From Ylistrum balloti (Eukaryota), in the NCBI RefSeq assembly GCF_031769215.1, contig NW_026782152.1:806001-870000 (forward strand): DNA of 64,000 nt, written 5' to 3'. A model generated the notes under the pieces. The model did not search any database. It saw nothing but the letters and a program-made list of their open reading frames with translations, and was not told where the DNA came from. The first letter of the stretch is position 1, and every line of letters begins with the position of its first letter. This document shows positions 10,285-23,096 of the stretch, piece after piece. Made by a program: the position numbers and the translations under genes.

Positions 10285-11942
10285 CTTTTTATAAACAAAT
10301 ACGATATTATTTAACATTTCAAACAAATCCGCATTCTTTGATACTACAGGGGTTACTAACAATCCCGCGCTCTGCACCTCTAGAACGTGTAATAGTTAAA
10401 ATGGAAAGCACAAACGAAATAATTTGATTGGTTCCAGGAGAAGAAAACCTGACCAATCAATGACTGATGCGCTCCTTCCGAAAATTACAAAGGAGCGACA
10501 CCCAACCAAAGCCATTACAATATACGATCATGCGAGATTCGTTGATGTACATCAAAGGATCAAATTAGTTATATTGTCTTGTCCACAAGGTGTCGCCAAT
10601 AGAACCTTCAATTTTGCCATGACATGTTCCAGGGGTGCAGAGAGCGAAGTGATCATAAACACTAGAATATTTGCTAAATAATATGCGGACAAAACAAAAC
10701 ACATTAATGTTATTTATATTTATAACTGATATCGCATCACCTTAATGATTGAGATAAACTCTAAATATAGAAAACAAACACTTTTTAGTTTGATAATATC
10801 GACATGGAAAAGAAAACTTGAACCATCTGTGTAACAATGTTATTACAAATAATGATTTGATATATTTCACTTTGTTTTTTCTCTAGATATTTAGCACGTT
10901 GTATAGAATATGACTTCTTCTGCGATGACTTACCTCCCCTTGAATGACAGCGGTTTTACTGGACGTCAGCGGGGTTACGTGCAGTGCGATGACCAGTAAA
11001 CTGGCCAGTGCAATCCTGTAGGCCATGTTGTAAACATACTCCATCTAAACAGAACCACTCATTCGTAACGAAATCATGAAAATGCCTTCAGTCAAACCCA
11101 ACTCAAAATGTTAAACGTTCATGCTATTTTAAACACAATTACAAAATTGAGGTGTTGACATTTCGTATGTAATTTAAATTCCTTCGAAAGTAAATCGGTT
11201 ACTGAAATTATTTTCCGTTTTTGTAAACAACATAGTGTTGCATTTGTTTCCTGTTATTGAAAGACATAATCATCGTCTGTGAATGATTTCGGTTATAAAT
11301 ACATCTTCCTGTAGTGTCTAATGCCTTGCTAGTCGGTACTCGTGCAAAATGTTTTGTTTATTTTTTCCCCATGTGTAGTAAAATGTGTTACCTACCAGTA
11401 TTGTACCGTCACACATTCAAAGATTGCATTGAAATATAGAGTACAATATTTGCACGAATAATACTCCAAGAGAGAGAAAAGGTTTTAAATTCGTTTTCAT
11501 TTGATGTACGATTTATGAAAATGTCATTTTTCATTCCACAGCTTTTCATAAATGCAGCTTGTTTATCTGCCCGCTATACCATAACGCTCACTAGTGCGTG
11601 TTGAAGGGGAAATTGTCATTTGTACAACATGATATCACTTATTATATACTTAAAAGGATAAAGATACGGAGGGTAACTTTATTTGCAATATCCTGTGAAC
11701 ACGATGTCAAAAAACAATGAAAATCGGTCAAGTAACTCTCTAGGGTACAGTGCACGTGGTCCTGTACCAAATGATGTATTCTTGTATTGCGTGAAGATGT
11801 CTTCCGGGAAGCACGAAACGGGAAATTTTCGTGCACAGCAGTGTTCTGACATTAAGTTACATTGCTCTTCAAACCATTTGGTAGTCTTCATAGAGACATA
11901 TCATTTTCTAATATTTTGATTAACTTCTGATAGCATTAAACA

Positions 11943-12475
11943 ATGGCACGGCTGACGGAAGTTCAGAGGGCAATTGTGATGATTATGCAAAGTCAAAGGT
12001 AAATATAGATTGCCAGACATTTCGGTGTTCATATTTGCACTATAGATTGTCTTGTTAGACGTCTAATGGAAACTGGGCGGGTTGCTGGCACATCATACGT
12101 TTGAAGGTCTGCCCCTTACTGTTGCTGTCGCCAGCGTCGTATGGCTTGGGTGGCGGCACATGCCCCCAGAATATTCAGATTGTGGCAGTGGAGGCTGGTC
12201 TAGTTTACTGATGAGTCCCGGCTCACCCCGTTTCGAGCAGACGGTCGACGTCGTGTATACCGACGTCGTGGAGAACGTTCTGCCGACTGCAGTAGAGATA
12301 TGTTTGAGGGTGGATCGGCTGAGGAAGTGTGGGGAGGAATCTGACATGGAGTTAAATCACCACTGGTTGTGTTCGTGAGTAATTTAGCTTCCGCTAGGAT
12401 GAGATCAGCCGACCCCATGTTGTCCCATTATTGCAGCAAAACAACCTCACATTCCAGCAGGATAATGCTTGGCCT
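11943..12475 (+). mobile_element. Tc1/mariner transposase remnant
   Basis: Across frameshifts: MARLTEVQRAI..IARHFGVHICTIDCLVRRLMETGRV (HTH), RRMAWVAAH..WRLV*FTDESR..FRADGRRRVYRRRGER..GGS..VWGGI*HGVKSPLVV and HVVPLLQQNNLTFQQDNAWP (first two DDE Asp motifs); stops and internal deletions. Confidence 0.92.
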
Positions 12476-13587
12476 GTTCCCACAATCAGTCCATTTCGAT
12501 TTCAGAGCTCTCTTTCAATTCTCTTCAATTAGCTCTTAATCACTTACAGATACAAATTGTTGATTTTGCAGTTTGTTACTTTAAAATATTGAACATTATG
12601 CTCAACGTCTTGCTTAGAATCATCTTCAAAGTTTACCCTGCGTTTCTTTATCCCTTGAGTATATTAACTGCAAATTTCAGTTGGGTTGTCTATGCTTTGC
12701 ACATGCAAATCGGTATTTTGATCATGTCGCTCTTTTATTTATCTATTTATGTTTTTATATTGGTTTGATAGTATAATATTATTTATTTTAACAACCTTTC
12801 TATATCCATCAATTGTTGTCCGTTTCCGCAAGGAAAATAACAATTATATACTAATACCAGATTTGCTGTTAATTCGCTTTTTGGAAGAAGTAAGTGTCAT
12901 TGTTTTTATACGTACGTCAACATTTTAACGGGTCGTTTAATGGTATGGTGTTGCCCGTCCATGCGTCGTTAACTGTATTAACTGTTTTGTGTGTCGGAGA
13001 TCTCTCTAAGCTTTCAATCTTAATTAGCTTAATCACAATGACATGAAGATGGTTTGATCTGTATGTCTGAACGTTCTATAAATACGTATGGTAATTTAAG
13101 AACGGTTTCCCGGTGTTACGGAGCGGTGTTTTCCTGAATGGCAATTTAATTCAATTTTACAATGTATTTGATAAAGTTGTTTCGTAATCTTAATTTTGCC
13201 ATGTGATCTGTTTTCAAATTGTATAGATTTAAGAACTATGACATAAATATAGTTTTCCTGAACGGCATTTTGATTGAGGAATTTTATGGAAGAGTTATTC
13301 ACCTTTGTTTTGTTTTTGTTTTTTTGTCAGCATTGTTTTCTCTCCTGACAAGTTTTTCGATTTCTAACCTATATTTTTGAAATTTGATAGGGTTAATAAC
13401 CATGGAATAAAATTGTGATTTACTACTAAACGACATTTTTGTATTTAGCTGAATCACTGTTTAGTGAAAGTTTTGTCAGTAACTTAATAAGAGTTATCTC
13501 CCTTGGACAACTATCTAGAGTTTGGTCCAGGTAGTTTGTAATTAATTGTAGTATAGAGTTATCGTTCTTGGTTTTTATTAGAACTCT

Positions 13588-14250
13588 TCTGGTAGCAGTA
13601 CACAGTTTCTCGGTTTCTCGGTGTGGCCATGGGTGATTTTTTTGCTCATTAGATTACCCCATTATAAAGGTTTTAATTAAAAATGAAAAAAAAATCCTTG
13701 CTAAAATTGGTCCTGTCATGTTAAAGTGGACAATGTGGGGTTTCATTTTTTTCAGGATAATATTTTAGCTTTGTGTTGGAGATTACTATTTGGGCAGTCT
13801 CGAATCTGTGTCTACGCACCAAAAACTAGCTTTACAGGAAGTGAAATTTTCATAGTGTTCACATGTGGTCATGTTATGAAGAATTTCCGAGTTGGAATTT
13901 GCTGAAATGTAAGTACTTTGTTACCATGACAGTGTTGTTGATTGTAAGATAGGTGTTTAGAATTAAATTTCTCCTAGAAAGTTGTAGTGTTGGGTTGGAA
14001 TTAGCAGTATTTTTTGCATTTTTAGCATTTTTTCAGTAGGTAACCATGACAATCAAATGTCAGAAATCAGAGGAAATTATTTTTTTTACACAAATTTCAT
14101 CTCTCTACTGTTAATGTAATTGTTATATAGTTTATAAATGTATATACATGTAATGATGTATTTTCCATAACCAATCTGCTATACCTGTATATCTCAAACA
14201 TGACAAATAATTTCAGGAAAAATGCAAATTAACTGTTTACTGCTACCAGA
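13588..14250. mobile_element. About 660-bp MITE
   Basis: 20-bp inverted repeats, tctggtagcagtacacagtt (13588-13607) vs revcomp of 14231-14250 tctggtagcagtaaacagtt (19/20); no coding capacity seen. Confidence 0.7.
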
Positions 14251-15690
14251 GTGTAGAAGATAGTTCAATGTTTATTAGGAAAATCGCCGCGCTAGTTGTA
14301 AATCGTAGCCGAGCATCGCAGTTAATACTTGTTGATTAATTGAACTATCTTGAATCGCCAACATGTTTGTGTTGAACCAAAGTGTATGTGTAGTTTCGTT
14401 AGGTTGTAGCATGTTTATTTGTTGATGTATTATCTTAAGTCAAGTACATGAAGTGATTATTTTTCCATACTCGAGCTCAAGCAGTTTCGCTCAGCAGACG
14501 ACTTGTTTTATATGTTGTGAAATCGTAGAATATGTGTAATTACCGTAAATTATGTGCGATTTTGTTTATATATAATGATGCTATTAATAGTTTACGTCAA
14601 CTGAGTAACGCATGTTTATCGTTATAGTTTATTCATAGCGCTAGGTTAACCCGTTGATTGATTGAGTCAGTTTGTGATTTCTTTATTTGTCATTTTGTGT
14701 ATTCGCGACTTAATGTTTGTTTTGTTGCAGTCCCTTACGCTTATCAGTACACTAACAAGTACAAGACGAGTTGTCTTATTTGTTTACACGCACAGTTACA
14801 TATTTTGTTATGATGAAATGATTGTGAAAATGTTGTTCCCTTTCATTATTTCATTCATGATGATACAATGATAATACAATGATGAATTTCTCTCTGGGTT
14901 TGGGAGAATGTATATTGTTCCGCCCAGCGGTAGTGTTGACTTGAGATGGAATTTTTCGAGGATTCAGAAAGTTACCTTTTTACCTCTGTTAACCTTTCAT
15001 GTCAGGCAGAAGTGTATTGTTTCAACTGTACATGGAGATGCATATTAGAGAAAAATCCTTAAAAAAATCCTGAAATTTTATTTTGTGAAAGAATTATTTT
15101 ATCCCATCCAGCCTACAAGACAAAAAAGAAAAAATAAGACCCTCTTGTATACGATATTACTTTTATCTCCTTAAAAAAACTGAACAAAAATGTAGATTTG
15201 ATCTGGAACAAACCTTCTCAAAATTTTAATTGATGTTAATTCTGATGTTATGTTATTACGTTTAAAACTTATTTATTAGCTCTTTGGAAATATCTTAAAT
15301 TCAGGTTGAAACATTTGTACCAAGCAGTCAGCTTTAGTTTCTGTCCTTTATTGCAATCATGATCAGACATGTGATACTTTCCTTCTGAAATGAATAAAAT
15401 GTCATTCACTTTATCCTTTCTCTAAACCAAAATACAAGGCTTCATTGGGGAAGTACTGTCAAATCATTTTTTTTTTTGTGATAATCAATTTTCCTGGGTT
15501 TACAAATAAAACCCCACTTGATTTCGTTGATAAATACAGCTCAATAAGCCTGATGCTAATAGTTCTTGCAGATATGATGTCGTGGATTAAAAAAGCGTAC
15601 CATATCAACGAAAATAAATCTCCCGCGAAAATTGATGATATTACAGTTACATTGAGTCGATATTACATGGCTGGTTTTGAATACTTTGTG

Positions 15691-15945
15691 TTAAAGATGA
15701 ATTGGTACAATTATTCTGTCGACGCCATTGACACTCATGACCTGACAGACAAATTTGGTAGGTGGAGTAGAAGTTGCAGCCATGTTGACATTGAAAGTGA
15801 CTGTATATCCGGTATCTGTTGAGGTCTCATTGGCCGTGTACATTGGGGATTTTCCCCAGATGAAGTCACCCCAGTCGTCATTCTCTCGACAGCTGACGGC
15901 GGGTTTAGGGGGATCTGAACGTTTCACAAACAGCTTAACCACAAC
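15691..15945 (-). CDS. Terminal exon of secreted coiled-coil/Ig-like protein (last Ig-like domain)
   Basis: Acceptor ttgtag|GTT (phase 0); VVVKLFVKRSDPPKPAVSC...KFVCQVMSVNGVDRIIVPIHL-TAA; AATAAA on the minus strand near 15350 and 15275. Confidence 0.85.
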   Translation of the reverse strand, partial: VVVKLFVKRSDPPKPAVSCRENDDWGDFIWGKSPMYTANETSTDTGYTVTFNVNMAATSTPPTKFVCQVMSVNGVDRIIVPIHL

Positions 15946-16133
15946 CTACAATAACAAGAATATAACACATAGGTAGAGATGCAGAAGACCCGAGCTTAGA
16001 GCCTGATTTTATTTACACATTCTTTTATTGTTTTATGAGACAATCTTCAAAGCATTTCATCACTATCAGCAAATATCGATACAATATTAAACTTCTTCAA
16101 TTATAAAATCAACTTTCAGTAAATCAAACCCAC

Positions 16134-17071
16134 ATTTTCATCTGGTCCTCGAAGAACCTCGTATTTCAGGAATTTAGGAGGAATAACAATTCTTGTAGGT
16201 AACGACAGCCGGCGTTCTACTCCATTCGATGTGGCAGCACATACAAAACTAATGTTAGCAACTTCCGGTTCGGTGGGTTTTATCACGAGAATTACTGAAG
16301 TGACGTATTTTCTGTTTAATACAACCGACGCATATCCGGTTATCGACTCGTGTCCATCTCGGTGAAGTTTTAGTATCGCCATTCTCGGTGGTGGATTACC
16401 CATCGCCACACATTGTATCACACTGCTATCCCCGACGCCAAGTTTGAATTCTGTGGGAAAGAAGTCTTTTAGGTAAACTAATGATCCCTCGGGCAACGTA
16501 GCACCGCCATGCCGCAAAATGTCCGAGTCGTAAATCTGGAACTCAACGCTTTTGAACACGTCATCAAGTCTTTTCACATTAATAAAGCACGATAATAACC
16601 CTCCGTGGTCCATCTCAAGAAGGTCGTATGTGAACCTATAAGTATCACCTAGCAAAGAACCATTGGTAACATTGAGTATCCCGCCACGAGAAGCTAGTTT
16701 CCCATCCAAATCTAACCAACTTCCGGCTGTTATTGCTTTATAAGAAGTCTGGTTTCCATTGAGCCCCATAAAGCCAAGTGACAAACTGATGTCTTTATTT
16801 CTAAGCATTTCTGACCGTAATTCGAAACTACCGGAAGTAACGTTGAATTGAGAATGGACTTGTCCACCTCTGTAGGATACTGTGTAATCATAAACACGTA
16901 GAAAACTGTGTTTAGCGGCATTGAACAGGAGAGCTATGGCAATATCATGATTTTTAACCAGGAGAGATATTACTTTCTGTCCATTCCGGATCGTAGAGGA
17001 CTGGTTACCACGGAGTTCCAAAGTGTGTATATTCCCTCCACTGAATTCAACACGAGTTAACAAATCGTCAT
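16134..17071 (-). CDS. Large exon of secreted coiled-coil/Ig-like protein
   Basis: 938-nt open exon; acceptor ttttaccag|AT (phase 1), donor AAT|GTGGGT (phase 0); Ig I-set-like motif VIQCVAMGNPPPRMAILK...ISFVCAATS; several N-x-S/T sites. Confidence 0.92.
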
Positions 17072-17774
17072 CTGGTAAAAAAAAAAAAAAAAAAAATACA
17101 TTTTTTTATTTTTTATGTTATCCAATGTATCTGTTAGTTTTCGTATTTTGTGAAGGTTAGGGTAAGTGAACGTTCAATATATCACTGGAGAATAACATAT
17201 TTGTTCTCTTATGAAGTTCTTATAAACTTCATTTGTCATTTCTCTCCAATACAACTCTTTTGATGCCTACATTATTATTATTATTATTACATTCTTAACG
17301 ATCCGTCAAAACATAAAAGGTCATCAGAGCCATTAACCGGTGAAACACAATGCGAAAGCTTGTTTTAAAACATGAGTGTTTGCTCGTTCGAATGCCAAGC
17401 ACGATAAATAAAAATGGAAAAAAAATTCAATTAATCATGCCAAGGGAAAATTTACACACCAATGCATATACACGTTTTATTACTGAAGGCTTTTTAGAAA
17501 ATGATTGTTATATCTCAACCGAAATGCCGAAATGAGAAAAAATATTTCGATTGCTTAATGACCTGCAAACGACAGAAAAAAATGTTAAGTATCTCATATC
17601 GTTTTGTTTCCTTTTTTCCTGAAAACAGCTAAAGTTATATAATGTCAGTTTCGAGGCATACTGGAGTCAGGAATGGCCGCTTGTATAGCCATCAACATGT
17701 CACAGCTTGGAAACAGAACCAATAGCTTTTAAGGCAAAGACAAAGTGGTGTCGAATATTTAGTTTTACATACCA

Positions 17775-18120
17775 AATCGTTCTTTCAACAGCTATTGTCA
17801 TTTATAGACGGCCTTTCTATGAATGCGAAATGATCGTGTGAAGGAGGCTGCGTTATGTTCATTTAAACCTTTTGATGGTACGGGACCGATACCAAATTAT
17901 AGTGCTACCACAATGAAGTATACCAATAATTGCGCACAGCAGCACACTCCCTCCAGTCACATTATACTGACAACCAGCAAACCAATCGTTTCCCGACAGT
18001 AATTCTATTTGCTCAGTAAAGAATAATAACCACAATATTTCGCAGATTCTAAGATTACTCGGCCTGGGCTTGGGAAGAAAGTATTTCTCACTTGGGGCTG
18101 ACTTGAATTGAACCATTAAA
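17775..18120 (-). mobile_element. Near full-length tRNA-derived SINE in the Ig gene intron
   Basis: B-box-like ggttcaattc near 18110, central cttcattgtggtagcactataa (about 17900-17922), tail similar to the other copies; accounts for ORF 17859-18116. Confidence 0.6.
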
Positions 18121-18242
18121 AGTATAAATTGTGTAGAACATTAACACAATTACTCAACATTGTTCATACAAATCGAATGATGATGTATCACGATTGCTTC
18201 CAGTTCTTTTTATAGCCAGTAAAAGAACACAGAATTTTACAT

Positions 18243-19250
18243 GTGGTGAATGAAAGTCTTCATATCTATCTTGGTTCACAGTTTTTTGGTCAAGTTACAG
18301 CTGAGGATATAGTAGAACATTTAAATAAAGACTACACCAAACTGAATTCTAATAAAAATAAATTCAAATGGAATGGTCCAAACTTCAACAGGAAATTCCA
18401 TAAACTTATTACAAAACAGTTGAAGAATGACTGTGAATTGCATGCGATTCATAACAGCATTAAATCTGGAACAGTAACTAATGAATTATCTCTTGATTTC
18501 TTTCCGGGAAGTATTTACTTCCCTTACAAAAATTCACCATCCAGACGTGAGGATTTAGAAGAGTTCTCTAGGATTTATGATAGTTGAAAGATGCCTCTCA
18601 AATTTTACAAGTGGCCCAAGAATGTGCTTGTAAAAGATCAATTAAAATATGGCCTATTCTTGTGAATTATGTGCAAGAGATTGAAGCAAAGGAGAAAGAA
18701 AACTACATGTAACTCGTATTTTACCAAAAGCATAACTTGTAATACACTTTAATTTTTCATATTGCTAGCTTGTGCACTGGAACCATTTTTAGGATTTTAA
18801 GCCAGTGTTGTCATGCATGGCTAATGATATTTCGTGTCCTTTGAAAGGTTTGTTGAAACGGTTAATTAGGAATGGTCACGGATCAAGTTCAAGGGTCAGG
18901 AATATCAGTAATGCAGATAATGGATTTTCGACTGGAAGCAAGACAGTTTCTGTGCAACACCTGTACTCAGATTCTTTAGAAGTGTCCCAAATCATATTCC
19001 TTAGTGAGAAATATGTCCTGTCTAGATCACAAGGGAGGAAACAAACAGGGCAGAATGTAAATTCCGATTTAAAAATATACACAGGAATGCAGGAAAGGTT
19101 CATGGCCAAAGTTGTTAAAAGCTTTAATTGCGTATAATGCCTACATTTGACACATTGTGAAAGATCTGATGGAACTGATTGCATCTATTTACAAGGATGT
19201 TCTGCACAAGTTGAAAAATTTCTAATGACCATTGCAACTATTGTCAGCAA
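18243..19250 (+). mobile_element. hAT-superfamily-like (ZNF862-type) transposase remnant, antisense in intron
   Basis: YLGSQFFGQVTAEDI...WNGPNFNRKF...CELHAIHNSIKSG...SPSRREDL..PLKF, LEPFL, LKGLLKRLI and CPKSYSLVRNMSCLD resemble motifs of invertebrate hAT-related transposases; many stops and frameshifts. Confidence 0.75.
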
Positions 19251-20285
19251 CAAAATGTTTTCCTAAGATCAATTTAAAATGGTGAAATTGGTGGAAATAC
19301 CCCCTTCTAATGACAAATTAATCTGTCTAAATAAAGCACATTGTGGAATCTGGAACTAGGTCACTGACTGGTCATAGATTATATGCGAAGGGTTGGATAA
19401 ATACATAGAGCCGGGCACATTTTCACTGACAAATAAGTACACCTGACATCTTCACATATTCAAAATTATCACAATATTATTTTTTGAAGGTTCCCACACA
19501 TGGCATATCTCAATTGTGCCGATATTGAACGACATTCATGTATTATTCGAGAACAGCAAATTTCACCGTATGATGTATACAGAGCCCATTAATTTCAGAA
19601 ACAATACAAAGAAGCTGGTTAAAAGGTTCCCCAGACCATTCAATTATTTAAATAACGCATTCGTGAACAAATGTTGAAAGGGCCAGTAACGGGGTAGCTA
19701 TATGTATATAATTAAGAGGAATGAAGCTCCGTGTACATACATGCAGAAGGTATAGCGTGAAATTCCGTCATCAGACGTTCAGAACTCGGAGTCACCGTTC
19801 AACCGTTTTATTACTATCAATTAGATTGTTACTATACAAGAGGAAAGCGAATGACCCATCAAAGTGATATCTTGTATTATTATTATAATTACTATCGGCA
19901 TGCTAACACATGAAAGGTCATTAGGGCCATCAACCGGTGAACTGAAAAGTTAAATATATCCAACACATTTCGAATGTAAATGTGACTTACAGATTTTAAC
20001 ACTTTGAATGCAAGTGCAATAATCGATTAAATTACTTTTACATGGTCATGCATTTATATTAATTTACAAATAAAAAGAAATAGTATTTTGTTTTGCTTCT
20101 ACATCTAGTATTGGATACGGAGTCAAAAAACTAAGAAAATCTATTTGTACTTCCCCTCTATTTCATGCTTGCCGACTCTCAAGTTCTGATAACGTCAAAA
20201 AAATTTTGATTTTAGCATCTACTGCTTATTAAAGAGTTGAACGAGCTTCATCTATCCACATAACAAGGAACTGTTTGGACATTAC

Positions 20286-20436
20286 CTAGAATAGGAACCC
20301 GGTTCTCAAACCAAAGGTATGAGAAGGGTCGGCTGGTTTCTATGTCAACAGCAAGGACAATGTAGGACGCATTCATTTGAATAGATCCTCTTCTCAGGGC
20401 AAATGGAAATGGTTCCCAGTTCGCAGGTTCCGTCGC
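20286..20436 (-). CDS. Exon of secreted coiled-coil/Ig-like protein
   Basis: Acceptor ttacag|GCG, donor CTAG|GTAATG; 151 nt, phase 0 to 1, matches the next exon (G+AT=Asp); ATEPANWEPFPFALRRG...FSYLWFENRVPIL. Confidence 0.88.
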
Positions 20437-21082
20437 CTGTAATGAAAATAATAATAAAACGCAAACTGAAATGTCAATCTGGACATTAAACGTTTTAGAA
20501 ATTAATAAGCATTATTTCCATGCAAGCTCCATTGTATTCATAGCACGTACTTGGTACACGACTTATTCATCTTTAATACATATTCTATATATTACAGATA
20601 TTTGAATGCGTGAGTCAATGTCTAGTCAGTTGATATTTATCGACAATAGTGAGTCATATATTGAATCATAGAAGAAGTGCTCATGCCATTCTAAATTTTG
20701 ACATTCTTTTCAATCAACGATTTCCATCATCGAAATTAATGCCTTTAGTATCAATGACGATTCATACAAAGACGAATCAGCTATTTTATGTTCGTTAATT
20801 TGGTTCTACTGTATCAAACTTTGAATTTGTATTGAAAGGCGCTTATCATCTGTATCTTTTGTACAATATCCATATCCGTTATAATATATTGATTACCAGT
20901 TAAAGTAATCTAATTTCTTATACAATAAGAACTTATATTTTAGGATTAAAATGGGAAGCGAAATGACGAAATGAATAGAGTACTTGCAAAAATTGGATTG
21001 GAATCATTTTATACGCGAATTCGAAGAAAGATTTTTATGGAGACTCCTGAAAAGATACAATAAGACAGAGTGTTGTATTTAC

Positions 21083-21214
21083 ATTAGTTCCGTCGTCCTG
21101 AGCCGTGTTTGATGCCGCTATACTCTTCAAGTCATCTGTTATCTGAATTATTTCCCCTTCCATGTCAGTTACAGCTTCTTCCAATGCAATCAGTCGGCGC
21201 TGAATATTTTCGAT
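21083..21214 (-). CDS. Coiled-coil exon of secreted protein
   Basis: ttag|ATC ... AAT|GTAAAT, 132 nt, phase 0-0; IENIQRRLIALEEAVTDMEGEIIQITDDLKSIAASNTAQDDGTN, with heptad pattern. Confidence 0.88.
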
Positions 21215-21216
21215 CT

Positions 21217-21222
<6 letters not shown>

Positions 21223-21253
<31 letters not shown>
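21223..21253. repeat. (TA)n microsatellite adjacent to a splice acceptor
   Basis: Directly visible, a few bases on the intron side of the AG at 21216-21215. Confidence 0.95.
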
Positions 21254-21255
<2 letters not shown>

Positions 21256-21940
21256 ATAACCATCTAGATTACGCTGGTAGTCATACCAACTAAGACAAAA
21301 AGATATTAATTGTAGACACTAGATTATCTAGACTATAAAATTTACATCTTAGCTCTTAGTGTATACAGGATAAGGTCAGAAAAAAGACATATCAATTTAT
21401 TAATTAGTATACTAACAACGATTTGACTTGGTGTTCCAACAAGAAAGGAAGACAGCTGTATGATGCAGTGTTTTTCTTATATTGATATGTGCATTGAAAG
21501 GTATTGTTCATTTGGTTGTCATTGGCTGTTGAACATCATAGTAATGGTTGTTGCCCTTTAAGTATAGCATATAAAGTGTTAATCACTTGTGGGTTTTGTA
21601 CAATCATTTACAAGGTTAACTTTGAATCTGAAACAGCGAATCAATCAATGTTTGGAGAAGGCAACAATTATTTGAATTCAATGAAAATAAAAGCAATGTT
21701 TGTAGTCTGGCTTCTTGTTAGTGAAGAAGGTAGGTTCTTGAATTTTGTAGTGATTGTCTTAATTATAGTGTAGTTTCCGTGTTGTGTATACTAATATAAA
21801 CATGCACCTCTCTGGTCTAAAAATAAATCTAGCATTTGTCAATTAAAAGTATCATGTAATGAAATATCATAGTAGGCGTTGCAATTTGAAACTACATGAT
21901 CAAAACACCTTATAAAATCGGTGAAATACATCTGGAATAC

Positions 21941-22024
21941 CTTATCCCTTTCAGCTGATCTTTCGGATTCAAGCACAGCCAACTGGCTTCTGACGTCTCC
22001 ATATTTGCTCCATAGTAAGTCAAG
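21941..22024 (-). CDS. Coiled-coil exon of secreted protein
   Basis: tttttcag|CTT ... AAG|GTATTC, 84 nt, phase 0-0; LDLLWSKYGDVRSQLAVLESERSAERDK. Confidence 0.88.
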
Positions 22025-22392
22025 CTGAAAAAGATTTTTTATCTATGAAAACCAGAATTTGTCGTTCTCAAGTAACAATGCCTTATCCTAATTCATTTAG
22101 TATTGACATGGTAAGCAATTAAAAAACACAAACGCATGTACAGATAAAAGCCTTTTTATATTTATAATTAATTGGCAATTATTGCACGATTTTATGCGCC
22201 TAGTTTCATAAAATGTAAATGAAAAAGGACTGGGGGTTCCAATAAACCTTTTGAAGTTCATTTACACATGTGTATTCTATTAAATGTTTTTCTTCGTTTT
22301 AATGTCATAATAGAATGGTTCATATTATTTTATAACAATTTACAAAGCATATTTATCTCCACACTCTAACAGTTTTGATTCGGATAATTCAC

Positions 22393-22422
22393 CTTGTCTA
22401 TACAAAGGTTCATCACAGGAAC
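22393..22422 (-). CDS. Candidate 30-nt micro-exon (VPVMNLCIDK)
   Basis: Branch-like gctaat plus tccag| acceptor, AAG|GTGAAT donor, phase 0-0; the upstream intron would be only 51 nt. Confidence 0.5.
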
Positions 22423-22473
22423 CTGGACATTAGCGATGATATAACATTGTAAATGTCCTTAATGTGTACTTAC

Positions 22474-22563
22474 TTCTGTTGCCGATGGAGATTTTCTTGT
22501 CGACACTAACTGAACACAAGAAAGACAGGCTGTCATAGAGATAAAATAGAAAATGGTGACCAT
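22474..22563 (-). CDS. First coding exon, signal peptide (MVTIFYFISMTACLSCVQLVSTRKSPSATE)
   Basis: ATG 22563, hydrophobic N-terminus, consensus donor GAA|GTAAGT, phase 0. Confidence 0.8.
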
Positions 22564-23096
22564 CTTTGTTTGGACATACACATGCTACGCCTGCTTTAAC
22601 AAAATGTCGGCTAGCTAACCCGGTTTTAAAATACCGATATGTCGGTCATAATTTTCGTGACATTTAGAAGCAAATGTCGTAGAGACATTTAGTAATGATT
22701 TTAGTACTGTTGAACCCGTGGGATGATTTATAGAACAAACATTTTCATTTTATATCCATCGTCAATATATGATGGGTATTCAAGCTGTAAAATACAAGAA
22801 AATATGTTTCGTTTCCTACTTTGTTGTTAACGTTCAAAACAAAACAAAAAGAAAAAGTCCAATTTGAGAGCTTCTAAAGGTATCAAATTTGATTTTTGTA
22901 TTTCTATTTTCTTCTTCTAGCATTTAGAGGATTTAAGTTTTGAAAAGAGTTTTTTGGTATTGAAAATAATATGTGACTGACTTTGATGTTATGAAACACA
23001 TTCATATATTAGACCCAAATGATAATTTATAGTTATTAACATGCACAAAATTGAAATGAAGCGACAAGTGATAGATTCCTTGGACAGCGAGGCAGA

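Noticed and set aside
10380-10560. Start exon for the orphan coiled-coil exons (QIISFVLSILTITRSRG looks signal-like)
   Set aside because: No in-frame ATG (a TGA lies upstream) and it needs weak splice sites; left unresolved rather than annotated.
12082-12418. Three listed ORFs of 72-98 aa
   Set aside because: Alternative frames of the Tc1 remnant; the true transposase frame is interrupted by stops.
17859-18116. 85-aa ORF as a possible signal-peptide exon of the Ig gene
   Set aside because: Overlaps a SINE; exon phases already join 20286 to 17071 and a better leader exists at 22563.
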